From NCBI GenBank assembly GCA_047495785.1, contig JBLDXI010000002.1:868001-932000 (forward strand): a stretch of DNA of 64,000 nucleotides, given 5' to 3'. This DNA is from Lepidodermella squamata (Eukaryota > Animalia > Gastrotricha). Made by a program: the position numbers and the translations under genes. Numbering within the stretch: position 1 is the stretch's first letter; each line of letters opens with the position of its first letter. Below, piece after piece: positions 1 through 13,181 of the stretch. The notes below the pieces were generated by a model that was not told where the DNA came from, ran no database searches, and saw only the letters and a list, made by a program, of their open reading frames with translations.

Positions 1-516
1 ATATTTGAATAATTATGAATAGAATATAATCGCGTATTATTTTCTTTAGCGATGAAATTTTATTCCACACCGGCATTTTCATTTGTCGTTAATTCAACTA
101 GGCTGGCATTTCCTTCTATGAAAGCTTCCTTACGCGAAGCTGATTTTCCCTACAGGATTGCATTCAGAGATCTTTCATTTTTACCGATCGCTGTCATTTC
201 ATTTGTCTTCAATAATTTGTAAAAAGTCGCGTTCCGACGCAAAAATGATCCATTGTTATGGGCGCGGCTAATAGTTTCATGTCGATCAAGTCGAAATTGA
301 GGTTTTTAAGTTACGAACGGCCCCCCTCACCGATCGATATCAAAATCAATTTCTTATTTGGGGGAATTTTCTAACAAATATCTCCATATGTTTCACAGGG
401 ATGAAAATCCCTATTTCCAAACGTCGGAAAAGTGAAGAAAGTGGGAGGTGAAGGTCGAGTGACATTTTGTAAAACCCCCTAGAGCCAGTGTGTTAAGTCG
501 ATAGCACAAGATCGTT

Positions 517-1652
517 TTATTTCATCGAGTTTGTTTTATCCAAGATACCGGTTCTGGACTGGTATCCTATTTGAAACTTCAAATAGTTGCGCAAGGCTAA
601 TGGTAGGTAAGGTTTCAGTCCTTCGTCGATAGCCGTCATTCGACTGACGTAACCTATCGGTAAGCTATTGAGCACAGCCATGCGGGCCATGAATTGCAAC
701 CGCATTGGAAAGACAAGGTGAGCCGACGATCTCGCCAGTTCATGTATTTCCCGCATCTCATGACTCTCGAACTTCTTGTACGATGAGTCGCGCTTTGTCA
801 TAAGTAAAACATCGATGAAGTCGACCTCATAGTCGTAAATCGGGAGGCGATTCGCAGCAGCAGTTGCTAGCCTGGCTACTGCGACAAATTGATAATACGA
901 GTGAGAAGTTCGACAACCAGCTAGGACCATCGACTTGATAAACTCGACCATGCTTGAGTCGTCTTCGCCGTCGGGAATCGCACTAATTCGACTGGAAACC
1001 CAGTCAAGTGGTGATTCCAAACAAGCGGATCTCACAGCTTCTTCTGATAAACGCGCGAGGCATTCCGTTTTAGGGTTAATGACTAGCCAAGATGCCGTAT
1101 CGAGCTCGCCACTATGAACCATCCACGTCAAAGTGTGATCACCCCCAAGTTTGACGAGCTGGTCACTGTTTTCTAGGTCCAACAGCTTCATTATGAGATC
1201 GTGTCTTCCTTCGGTGCAGGCGTAAATTGTATAGAATGTGCCGCGTCCGATTTCCAGCAGATTAGCTCCGTTTTTGATCAGTGTCATCAATGCATTATCG
1301 CAGCAGGAACAGCGAAATGCCCGGCATAACGAGCCAATGACGCCGAGTTCGATCAGCTCCTCTGCGAATATTGTGTTGCAATCGGCAAACGCCTTCGTCA
1401 AGTACGACTTCAGGAACTCGGTCTTCGCTAGCCCGGAATCGATTCTCAATATTCTGCTTAGTTTGGAGTAGCTGGAATTGACATGGCCATACTGCAAGTT
1501 ACGCAGAACTCTTCTGATACCACATCGTCTTACCGAGCGAGGGAACAGAAAGTAGTGATGAGTGAGTTCATAGTTGGTCTTGCATTTGTCGAAAATAGCT
1601 AGAAACCTGCTGGTTTGGCGATGATCTTCATTTCGATCCTCCTTTGCTCCAT
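517..1652 (-). pseudogene. Ankyrin-repeat/SOCS-box (ASB-like) protein, copy A; start ATG thrown out of frame by a 28-nt deletion
   Basis: Near-identical to the 21317-22477 copy: ankyrin-like LIKNGANLL..YACTEGRHDLIMKLL and a C-terminal SOCS-box-like PMRLQFMARMAVLNSL...LPLALRNYL. Compared with copy B, 28 nt after ATG GA are missing, so the ATG at 1652 reads MEQRRIEMKIIAKPAGF*. The ORF-track start at 1497 is a TTG. Confidence 0.7.
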
Positions 1653-3348
1653 AGTAAGTGTAAGCTGTGTAAATGTGAAAACATGAATAGTGGAGCTGTG
1701 GTATGACGCCGATACTGTATACCTATTTGTTAAAACCTGACGCAATACGTATGATTCATCTGGCATGAAAATATCACTGCGCGAATGACTCATCTTGCGT
1801 TGGTAGAAGGGCTTAAGAATATGTATCTAAATTGTGCGTTGGAGACTAGAATGATATAGCTGTAGGCTGTCAAGCTGATGTAGAAATTTTATTGTAAAAG
1901 CAGCATCTATGAATTTAAATTCTATATGCGAACTATGAAAGTTGTCAAGATGCGCCAATGTCAAACATGAATCACAATCGGTAAAATAAGCGTGTAAGCG
2001 TAAGCGTAAGTCATTCATTACTTGAAGTAACAAAACATTGATTAGAGCTGAACCTTATCTATCAATACTCAATACTTTTACAGGTGGGAAGATGCTATTA
2101 CTCTGGCAATTTCTTCAATCGATTCTATTTTCGACTACGCTCACGAGATGTTGGCGTGATCTCTCCTCACTTTCATTAATAAGTCAAACAGTCGCCGGAA
2201 CCCCAAGTTATCAAGTTAGAGTTAGCTAACTCTATAAACGCTTTACATTTATACTTTTCGCTTTTCGAATCCGGAAGGTTCGCTGAATTATTTATATGGT
2301 TCAAAGAATGCATGTAATCACACCAGTCCAAAAGAGAATTCCGTAAACCACCAGCGGCCAGACATCAATATTCAAATTCTCAATGTGACTCGCAATGTGG
2401 ACGGCTCCGTTTCAGGATTTATCGACCCGAATCATGAGACGTACTATAGCACGCCGCGGCTACGAAGCTTCCGTAATATTTCCTCGAAAAAATAATGAGC
2501 TAGAAGTGCGTAGAACTTCCAAGTTAGGAATCCGACATCTTTATCGGTAAGAGCTCGTGAGACGGCTGGTTTCAGGGAACATTCAATGCCTGGTGAGTTT
2601 TCGAGGCGTAATTCGAGGCTGATTCCAATGGGTCATAGGAAACCCGGTAGATGGTAATTAGGCCTAACGGAAAAACGTTAACAGCCAAAATGGCGATCGT
2701 CCTTAGTTTTGGCAAGTGAATCCTCGCTCTCATCCTGAATCTTCTCAATAAATAAACCCATCAATTCAAAGAATTTGGACTTGCTAGTATTTTCAGGCAC
2801 GCGCCGCTATTCATGGAAAAAACTGTGAATGAAGACATTTTGTTCGAAAAATTCAATAATTCACTCCTTCTGAACCTTTACCGAATGCATTTTTATCCTC
2901 CACTAACGTTTACAGCGTGCCTCATAGGTAACGCAAGCAAACAAAATATACGGAAAAGGGTTCAGAAAATTTAAAATTAAGTCACATCTTATGACCAGAA
3001 AAATGTAAGAAAATTTAATTAAAAATTAAAAAAAATCAAGAGAATAGTAATATATGAATTATGCAGATTGGCAAAACGCATTTCTTGCACAACTTTTCAA
3101 GGTGGATCTGTTTGAAACAAGCTCTTATGCAAAAATCAGACCATACCTTCTCTTACTTTGCTAAAACCGCGTCTTTGCATCACTTACGGTTGAATAGTTA
3201 TTTAATAAAGCAATGCTAAACAGTTACGCACACTTTATTCTCATCGCTCTCTAACAACAGCATTTGACTATTGAACCAACTTTTGGTGCACAACTTTTGG
3301 TGGTTTTCTTTGATTTTAACCTGCCATCGAGGTGCATGTCGGACAAAA

Positions 3349-4113
3349 CTAATCCACCATCTGCAGTTCATCCGACGTGTACCTTTCGACGTTCGAACCA
3401 GAAACGGTCCAGTTCTGACGCACAAATCCAGAATTCTTCCAATAAAATAGTGCCATTAACACGCATCTCTTTTCAACTTCTGACATTTCCTTCTGATCAT
3501 CGTGGAAACCGTCTGCGCGTGTGTTAAGCGATACCGAATTCCAGACAAGTTTGTTGTTTTGAAACGAGAAACCAGCACCCACGATTTGATCGTCGAGTTC
3601 AACGCCGAACAACGACTTGTAAAGTTTCCCATGAATTTGACCCTCTGCGGCGTCGATGGACATAATCGATGACGATTTCCTCAAATAAATATAACCAGCC
3701 TTACAGTGAACGCCGTTCAAACGCCAATCTGTTTGACCGTTGTACATGAGCAGCATCATTCCGGCATAGTTTTCGCCCAATAATAAGTTGTCTGATTTAC
3801 AGGAAACGTGAAACGTGTCGACAGCAATTTCAATTCCAGGTTTCGGTGGCCCTTTTGAGATGAAAACAGCACAACCGTCACGGAAGAACGCCGAGGGAAT
3901 TCCACCACTAAATAGTCGCAGCACTGAGTCCAGTGTACTCTTCTCTTGGATGTTGTATTGTGCCAACGTCAGATCGTCTTCGAGTTGTTTCCCAGCGAAG
4001 ATTAATCTTTGCTCGTCGGCTGGTATAAGCTGTTTGACCTTGCCGATTGTGTACGACGGTTCAACTTCCAACGTCAACGTCTTCCCTGTGAGAAGTTTAA
4101 CAAAAAGTTTCAT
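3349..4113 (-). CDS. Ubiquitin-like domain fused to an unrecognised ~180 aa domain, copy A
   Basis: N-terminus [20 protein letters not shown]...[12 protein letters not shown]...YNIQEKSTL is ubiquitin-like. It has an 18-nt in-frame deletion (VLYEDG) versus copy B, and the junction is LRLFSG-G rather than LRLRGG. The frame stays open through the C-terminal domain. Confidence 0.85.
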   Translation of the reverse strand: MKLFVKLLTGKTLTLEVEPSYTIGKVKQLIPADEQRLIFAGKQLEDDLTLAQYNIQEKSTLDSVLRLFSGGIPSAFFRDGCAVFISKGPPKPGIEIAVDTFHVSCKSDNLLLGENYAGMMLLMYNGQTDWRLNGVHCKAGYIYLRKSSSIMSIDAAEGQIHGKLYKSLFGVELDDQIVGAGFSFQNNKLVWNSVSLNTRADGFHDDQKEMSEVEKRCVLMALFYWKNSGFVRQNWTVSGSNVERYTSDELQMVD

Positions 4114-4194
4114 GGTCTAAAATGATAGCAAAAACATTATTGATATTATTGCTATTGACAAGATATTGTTTTAAACTAATTAAATATTTGGCAC

Positions 4195-7100
4195 ATGGAG
4201 AATAGAGTTACCAGAGTATTGCTAACTGTTGGAAAACAAAATGCACAGTAAAATCAGGATCAGAATCTGAATCGTCCATGTGATTTACTTGGTAGAAAAA
4301 AATTCAAGACGCGTGCCACTTTTTTCCCTTGATTCATCTTCAATATTAATAATAATCATTCATTAGCAAAATGACTCAGGCAACTAATTTTTGCATGTGA
4401 CCATGTCAATGTTGAAGGACGCAGGACTACCCCGATTTTTTGCCTGAGACACAAAAACACGAATATTCAGAAATTCGGCCCGGCCTCTGCATCAAAAAAA
4501 GATAAATCAAACGACATAATGAGCTCGTGTCTTGATTTTTTTTCTACCAAGTATATCGATGATTTTGCGCTAAAGCCGACCAACGAGAAAAAAATTCCTA
4601 TACAGAGTACTGCGCACAATAAGAAGTACTACGCGCGCATAATATTATAAGATATACTTATAGCCCGCATTCTGTGTGAAAAAAATGAATGTACTGGACA
4701 AATGACCAACAAATATAAGTGCGCTTTTGTGGATGTTACCATGAAATCTTCTGCTTACCTGGTAGAGAACTGTCGAAAGTATCAGGAAATCGATAGAAAA
4801 GCATGTGCAACCGTGGGTTATTCACCGCTAGGCGACTTGAAAGTGATCTGAAAGCGCAAAAACCTTGGAAAAATGCACCCACTGGTGTCTTGAGCGGCGT
4901 TTCTGCGAAAACCAAAATGGGTTCACCCACAGTTTTTTCACATTCCCTAGCCGAGCACATGGAGGGCTTATTAGGGAAGTAAGAAATAGCCAGTTAATAT
5001 GGAGGACATCCACGGCTTTTCAGTATTTTCCCTCCCGGCTTGAAAATCGTGGAAAAAGCGAAAATTGTATGTTTTTAGTCGCTCTTATCTCGAAAACACC
5101 CATGGTTGCACCATAGCTTTTTGTAGTCAAATAGGAGAAGGCACTAGGAGGAAGGTTTTAACAGGGAAAACAGCAAGAACCACCCCAACTTATCCAAGAC
5201 TTTTTCGTCCTGATTAGCACTCACTACGTCACACCCAACACTTCGAAAATGCATGGCCTGGCGTCTTTTGGGGCATTGCTGCAAGAAAGAGCATGGGTTC
5301 AACCACAGTTTTTCACGTCCTTTAGTAGAGCACAAGAAGATCTTACTCAGGAAGTAAGAAATTGCCAGTAAATGCGGTGTTTATCCACGGGTTAAGAGTC
5401 TTTTCTCTCCACATCCGATTCAAGTCCGAATCGAAGAGAAAGTGAGGATTTTTCATCTTTCATGGCACTTATCTTGAAAAAACCCATGGCTGCACCACAA
5501 GTTTTTGTATTCAAACAGTAGAGGAGATTGAGAAGAAGGTTTCAAAAGAGAAAACAGCACGAACCACGACAACTTATCCACGACTTCTTCGCCTTGATGG
5601 ACAATCACATTTTAAGCTCAAAATCGAACTTCAAAACTGGGCTATTCACCTTACCTTACGCGGCAGAGCCCTTATTTCACCTGTAACAAGTTGAATGAAG
5701 CGCATACTTCTTATAAAATAGCAAATATGCGGGTGCTACCATGATTTGCCATGATTTTCCATTCGGTCCCAGACCGCGGTAACAAGACGGTTATGGTAAG
5801 GAGTCATCCGATTTCAATCTCTCAATGAAGTCAAGGTATCTATGGACTGACGTATTAAAGATGCATTTTCGATCATTTTTAGCAACGGTAATTGCTTCCT
5901 TGTATCTGGTACGTTGGTCTTTTCGTATTCTCAAAAACTTCCATGCAAGTTGCAACTTGATTTTGCTCATTCCTTTTGCGAATGCTCCTTATGGAGCGCT
6001 AATTGCTGGGCTCAACTTAGCTTTTGTTATCCTTCCATTTGTAGGGTGTAGAGTGGAGTGTGGTTCGGAAGTGCAAGAAGCCGTGGATAATAACGATTTG
6101 AATCAGCATTTCACCTCCAAAGAAAGGTTGCCTTGTTCCCCTCATTAGAAGGAAATGAGAGAAAACTTGGCTTACATAGTCTGAGTGATAGAGGAAAAGA
6201 AAAACCGCCGACAGCGCCATCTGCTTCATCATGTCGGTGTATTGTGTGGTATTCAAGAAAATCAGCTGGAGTGAACACTTTTGCAACGATGGATCGAAAC
6301 GTTTTCAAGTCGGATTAGCGGTTGTTATAGAAAGAAAAGATGTTCCTTGAAACCTCTATCGACGGAGCGGTCGACAGTAGGTGGGTCAATCGCACAATAG
6401 AGGCCGGCGAGGGACACGCAAGAAATCGTTTGTGTTGTGGAATAATGTAGCTTAACGACAGCATTCTCTTCCGCACTGGTCAGATTAGAGAAAAATGGCC
6501 ATCCGTCGCGGTTTTTTTTATTACGGACGGTAAACATCAGCCAAATTCATTAAATTGACTGATCTGAGAAGAGCGATAGATTCAAGTGCTGCTACAGTCC
6601 CTCGGGATAACTTTTCCCATTGGCGCTAAAACGTGATACAGTGCCATCTCATGTGGCTAAAATCCTTGCTTTTTAGTAATTTCAATCAACGCTGCACTCA
6701 ACTCAACTTTCGAAACCGCGGAAACACCTTGATCCGTCATTTTCCCATATTTTCCGTCAAATGCGTCTATCGCGTTCTATTGTTGGCGCCGCCCACCGTC
6801 AACTTTTTTGTTTCCTGTTCAAAGAACTAACTAGCTTGCAAGTGCCTTTAGATAGGAAGCATCATCTTCGGGTAGCTGAGTTTGTGACCAATGTATGTAA
6901 GTTGGGTAGGTTACATTTGGTTAGGACCAGAGGGCAGACTCCCGTAGCCCATCTCCTTTTGGTCCGATGTTGTGAGCATTTTAAGCACAGGGGCCCCGCC
7001 AAGGCAGGAGACGTCGGTCACTCCAAGTCTCTGGTAAACCAAGACCAAGTCTCCCAATTTGCTGGTAGCTCGTTAGCTAAAGCTTTTCTAGACGATCGTT

Positions 7101-10100
7101 TTGCACTCGCTGAGAGTCCGCTTTCGACGATAGCAGGGCGTACGCGACGCGACACAACGTTTGCCGTGAATTACGTTGCCCGCTACCGCCACGGGGAGGC
7201 TGCCGTTGTCGCTTGAACAGCAGTCAGCTCTACGATCTAACACTCATTTGGGTAATTTTGTCAATAGGGCTTTCCATATTAGCAGTGTGGAACTTTAGCT
7301 CAGGGGATGGAAGGTTTTAGCGAACTGAATCGTTCAACCAAACAATGGCTGAAACTCGAAGGCGAGAGAATTAGCATGGAGAATAGAGTTACCAGAGTAT
7401 TGCTAACTGTTGGAAAACAAAATGCACAGTAAAATCAGGATCAGAATCTGAATCGTCCATGTGATTTACTTGGTAGAAAAAAATTCAAGACGCGTGCCAC
7501 TTTTTTCCCTTGATTCATCTTCAATATTAATAATAATCATTCATTAGCAAAATGACTCAGGCAACTAATTTTTGCATGTGACCATGTCAATGTTGAAGGA
7601 CGCAGGACTACCCCGATTTTTTGCCTGAGACACAAAAACACGAATATTCAGAAATTCGGCCCGGCCTCTGCATCAAAAAAAGATAAATCAAACGACATAA
7701 TGAGCTCGTGTCTTGATTTTTTTTCTACCAAGTATATCGATGATTTTGCGCTAAAGCCGACCAACGAGAAAAAAATTCCTATACAGAGTACTGCGCACAA
7801 TAAGAAGTACTACGCGCGCATAATATTATAAGATATACTTATAGCCCGCATTCTGTGTGAAAAAAATGAATGTACTGGACAAATGACCAACAAATATAAG
7901 TGCGCTTTTGTGGATGTTACCATGAAATCTTCTGCTTACCTGGTAGAGAACTGTCGAAAGTATCAGGAAATCGATAGAAAAGCATGTGCAACCGTGGGTT
8001 ATTCACCGCTAGGCGACTTGAAAGTGATCTGAAAGCGCAAAAACCTTGGAAAAATGCACCCACTGGTGTCTTGAGCGGCGTTTCTGCGAAAACCAAAATG
8101 GGTTCACCCACAGTTTTTTCACATTCCCTAGCCGAGCACATGGAGGGCTTATTAGGGAAGTAAGAAATAGCCAGTTAATATGGAGGACATCCACGGCTTT
8201 TCAGTATTTTCCCTCCCGGCTTGAAAATCGTGGAAAAAGCGAAAATTGTATGTTTTTAGTCGCTCTTATCTCGAAAACACCCATGGTTGCACCATAGCTT
8301 TTTGTAGTCAAATAGGAGAAGGCACTAGGAGGAAGGTTTTAACAGGGAAAACAGCAAGAACCACCCCAACTTATCCAAGACTTTTTCGTCCTGATTAGCA
8401 CTCACTACGTCACACCCAACACTTCGAAAATGCATGGCCTGGCGTCTTTTGGGGCATTGCTGCAAGAAAGAGCATGGGTTCAACCACAGTTTTTCACGTC
8501 CTTTAGTAGAGCACAAGAAGATCTTACTCAGGAAGTAAGAAATTGCCAGTAAATGCGGTGTTTATCCACGGGTTAAGAGTCTTTTCTCTCCACATCCGAT
8601 TCAAGTCCGAATCGAAGAGAAAGTGAGGATTTTTCATCTTTCATGGCACTTATCTTGAAAAAACCCATGGCTGCACCACAAGTTTTTGTATTCAAACAGT
8701 AGAGGAGATTGAGAAGAAGGTTTCAAAAGAGAAAACAGCACGAACCACGACAACTTATCCACGACTTCTTCGCCTTGATGGACAATCACATTTTAAGCTC
8801 AAAATCGAACTTCAAAACTGGGCTATTCACCTTACCTTACGCGGCAGAGCCCTTATTTCACCTGTAACAAGTTGAATGAAGCGCATACTTCTTATAAAAT
8901 AGCAAATATGCGGGTGCTACCATGATTTGCCATGATTTTCCATTCGGTCCCAGACCGCGGTAACAAGACGGTTATGGTAAGGAGTCATCCGATTTCAATC
9001 TCTCAATGAAGTCAAGGTATCTATGGACTGACGTATTAAAGATGCATTTTCGATCATTTTTAGCAACGGTAATTGCTTCCTTGTATCTGGTACGTTGGTC
9101 TTTTCGTATTCTCAAAAACTTCCATGCAAGTTGCAACTTGATTTTGCTCATTCCTTTTGCGAATGCTCCTTATGGAGCGCTAATTGCTGGGCTCAACTTA
9201 GCTTTTGTTATCCTTCCATTTGTAGGGTGTAGAGTGGAGTGTGGTTCGGAAGTGCAAGAAGCCGTGGATAATAACGATTTGAATCAGCATTTCACCTCCA
9301 AAGAAAGGTTGCCTTGTTCCCCTCATTAGAAGGAAATGAGAGAAAACTTGGCTTACATAGTCTGAGTGATAGAGGAAAAGAAAAACCGCCGACAGCGCCA
9401 TCTGCTTCATCATGTCGGTGTATTGTGTGGTATTCAAGAAAATCAGCTGGAGTGAACACTTTTGCAACGATGGATCGAAACGTTTTCAAGTCGGATTAGC
9501 GGTTGTTATAGAAAGAAAAGATGTTCCTTGAAACCTCTATCGACGGAGCGGTCGACAGTAGGTGGGTCAATCGCACAATAGAGGCCGGCGAGGGACACGC
9601 AAGAAATCGTTTGTGTTGTGGAATAATGTAGCTTAACGACAGCATTCTCTTCCGCACTGGTCAGATTAGAGAAAAATGGCCATCCGTCGCGGTTTTTTTT
9701 ATTACGGACGGTAAACATCAGCCAAATTCATTAAATTGACTGATCTGAGAAGAGCGATAGATTCAAGTGCTGCTACAGTCCCTCGGGATAACTTTTCCCA
9801 TTGGCGCTAAAACGTGATACAGTGCCATCTCATGTGGCTAAAATCCTTGCTTTTTAGTAATTTCAATCAACGCTGCACTCAACTCAACTTTCGAAACCGC
9901 GGAAACACCTTGATCCGTCATTTTCCCATATTTTCCGTCAAATGCGTCTATCGCGTTCTATTGTTGGCGCCGCCCACCGTCAACTTTTTTGTTTCCTGTT
10001 CAAAGAACTAACTAGCTTGCAAGTGCCTTTAGATAGGAAGCATCATCTTCGGGTAGCTGAGTTTGTGACCAATGTATGTAAGTTGGGTAGGTTACATTTG

Positions 10101-10556
10101 GTTAGGACCAGAGGGCAGACTCCCGTAGCCCATCTCCTTTTGGTCCGATGTTGTGAGCATTTTAAGCACAGGGGCCCCGCCAAGGCAGGAGACGTCGGTC
10201 ACTCCAAGTCTCTGGTAAACCAAGACCAAGTCTCCCAATTTGCTGGTAGCTCGTTAGCTAAAGCTTTTCTAGACGATCGTTTTGCACTCGCTGAGAGTCC
10301 GCTTTCGACGATAGCAGGGCGTACGCGACGCGACACAACGTTTGCCGTGAATTACGTTGCCCGCTACCGCCACGGGGAGGCTGCCGTTGTCGCTTGAACA
10401 GCAGTCAGCTCTACGATCTAACACTCATTTGGGTAATTTTGTCAATAGGGCTTTCCATATTAGCAGTGTGGAACTTTAGCTCAGGGGATGGAAGGTTTTA
10501 GCGAACTGAATCGTTCAACCAAACAATGGCTGAAACTCGAAGGCGAGAGAATTAGC
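4195..10556 (+). repeat. Exact tandem duplication, unit 3,181 bp (4195-7375 = 7376-10556)
   Basis: All ORFs recur with offset 3181 (e.g. 4736/7917, 6761/9942). The junction GAGAATTAG-C-ATGGAGAATAG has only 1 nt of microhomology. Confidence 0.95.
4286..4553. mobile_element. ~270 bp MITE with ~25 bp TIRs (duplicated at 7467-7734)
   Basis: TACTTGGTAGAAAAAAATTCAAGAC ... GTCTTGATTTTTTTTCTACCAAGTA. It is absent from the mirror position in the right arm (ATGTGA-TA-TCGATG). Confidence 0.8.
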
Positions 10557-12196
10557 CGGTGGCTAGTAGTACAGCCGCGCATGTAGGCACTCATGCCGCT
10601 GCAAAATCCAGTCCAAGGGCCAACCGAGGCCGCTACAATGAATCGCTACAATGAATGAGGGCCATTGTGGGCCATTACGGTGATACTTTTGCGCGTTCAC
10701 GGAACAGTGTGATGAAATCAACAACAGTATAGGTATGATACCATTCTTTCAGAATCCTTCCAGATCAAAGAAAAACCAACTCGGGTTGTTACTTCTGCTA
10801 TCATCTCACGAAGAGCACTCCGTATGAGCAATTAGAGACCTAATGGTTTCACCCCCAAAATGTCTGGGATACGATGTAAGTACAGGCGGGTGTCGATAAT
10901 TAGGATGGGAAACGCATCTTTACTACGCAGGTCAACGGAAATCGGACTCCTTACCATAACCGTCTTGTTACCGCGGTCTGGGACCGAATGGAAAATCATG
11001 GCAAATCATGGTAGCACCCGCATATTTGCTATTTTATAAGAAGTATGCGCTTCATTCAACTTGTTACAGGTGAAATAAGGGCTCTGCCGCGTAAGGTAAG
11101 GTGAATAGCCCAGTTTTGAAGTTCGATTTTGAGCTTAAAATGTGATTGTCCATCAAGGCGAAGAAGTCGTGGATAAGTTGTCGTGGTTCGTGCTGTTTTC
11201 TCTTTTGAAACCTTCTTCTCAATCTCCTCTACTGTTTGAATACAAAAACTTGTGGTGCAGCCATGGGTTTTTTCAAGATAAGTGCCATGAAAGATGAAAA
11301 ATCCTCACTTTCTCTTCGATTCGGACTTGAATCGGATGTGGAGAGAAAAGACTCTTAACCCGTGGATAAACACCGCATTTACTGGCAATTTCTTACTTCC
11401 TGAGTAAGATCTTCTTGTGCTCTACTAAAGGACGTGAAAAACTGTGGTTGAACCCATGCTCTTTCTTGCAGCAATGCCCCAAAAGACGCCAGGCCATGCA
11501 TTTTCGAAGTGTTGGGTGTGACGTAGTGAGTGCTAATCAGGACGAAAAAGTCTTGGATAAGTTGGGGTGGTTCTTGCTGTTTTCCCTGTTAAAACCTTCC
11601 TCCTAGTGCCTTCTCCTATTTGACTACAAAAAGCTATGGTGCAACCATGGGTGTTTTCGAGATAAGAGCGACTAAAAACATACAATTTTCGCTTTTTCCA
11701 CGATTTTCAAGCCGGGAGGGAAAATACTGAAAAGCCGTGGATGTCCTCCATATTAACTGGCTATTTCTTACTTCCCTAATAAGCCCTCCATGTGCTCGGC
11801 TAGGGAATGTGAAAAAACTGTGGGTGAACCCATTTTGGTTTTCGCAGAAACGCCGCTCAAGACACCAGTGGGTGCATTTTTCCAAGGTTTTTGCGCTTTC
11901 AGATCACTTTCAAGTCGCCTAGCGGTGAATAACCCACGGTTGCACATGCTTTTCTATCGATTTCCTGATACTTTCGACAGTTCTCTACCAGGTAAGCAGA
12001 AGATTTCATGGTAACATCCACAAAAGCGCACTTATATTTGTTGGTCATTTGTCCAGTACATTCATTTTTTTCACACAGAATGCGGGCTATAAGTATATCT
12101 TATAATATTATGCGCGCGTAGTACTTCTTATTGTGCGCAGTACTCTGTATAGGAATTTTTTTCTCGTTGGTCGGCTTTAGCGCAAAATCATCGATA
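4554..12196. mobile_element. Putative long-TIR (foldback-like) element: ~1.25 kb identical inverted repeats at 4554-5805 and 10945-12196
   Basis: The arms match base for base wherever checked and begin/end at TA. Each arm holds two diverged ~375 bp subrepeats (about 4920-5220 and 5296-5600). No recognisable transposase in the interior. Confidence 0.5.
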
Positions 12197-12370
12197 TCAC
12201 ATAGCTGATTCTAATTGTGATCCTGATTTTATTGTGCATTTTGCTTTATAACAGTTAGCAATACTAGGTATGGTAACTCTATTCTCCATGTGCCAAATAT
12301 TTAATTTGTTCAAAACAATATCTTGTCAATAGCAATAATATCAATAATGTTGTTGCTATCATTTTAGACC

Positions 12371-13181
12371 ATGAAACTTTTTGTTAAGCTTCTCACAGGG
12401 AAGACGTTGACGTTGGAAGTTGAACCGTCGTACACAATCGGCAAGGTCAAACAGCTTGTCCTATATGAAGATGGTATACCAACAGACCAACAAAGATTAA
12501 TCTTCAATGGGAAACAACTCGAAGACGAGCGGAAGTTAGCAGATTACAACATCCAAAAGGAGTGTACACTGCACATGGTGCTGCGATTTCGTGGCGGTGG
12601 AATACCCTCGGCGTTCTTTCGTGACGATTGTGTTGTTTTTTTTTTCAAATGGGCCTCCGAGACCTGGAATTGAAATTGCCGTCAATACGTTTCACGTTTC
12701 CTGTAAATCAGACAAATTATTATTGGGCGAAAACTATGCCGGAATGATGCTGCTCATGTACAACGGTCAAACAGATTGGCGTCTGAACGGTGTTCACTGC
12801 AAAGCTGGTTATATTTATTTGAGGAAATCGTCATCGATTATGTCCATCGACGCCGCAGAGGGTCAGGTTCATGGGAAACTTTACAAGTCGTTGTTCGGCG
12901 TTGAACTCGACGATCAAATCGTGGGTGCTGGTTTCTCGTTTCAAAACAACAAACTTGTCTGGAATTCGGTATCGCTTAACACACGCGCAGACGGTTTCCA
13001 CGATGATCAGAAGCAAATGTCAGAAGTTGAAATGAGATGCGTCCTGATGGCACTAATGCAATGGAAGAAGTCTGGATGTGAATGCCAGAACTGGAAAGTT
13101 GATGGTTCGAACGTCGAAAAGTACACCTCCGATGAACTCCAAAAACAGATGCTGGATTCGTTCAGTCCAATGTCCGGTTAA
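12371..13181 (+). CDS. Ubiquitin-like fusion protein, copy B (one extra T in a T10 run splits the frame)
   Basis: Full-length Ub-like domain ending LRFRGG. The T-run at 12636-12645 has 10 T, whereas 9 would give a frame continuous with copy A. The downstream frame is near-identical to the copy A C-terminal domain. Confidence 0.75.

Noticed and set aside
4736-5335. Small ORFs repeated three times (also at 7917-8516 and 11415-12014)
   Set aside because: Recurrence is explained by DNA-level duplication; several start at non-ATG codons and none shows protein features.
5806-7375. Possible transposase or tyrosine recombinase in the interior of the inverted repeat (NTTQYTDMMKQMALSA faintly recalls Crypton)
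   Set aside because: No catalytic H-x-x-R/H/Y motifs follow and the frames are full of stops; not supportable without a translated profile search.
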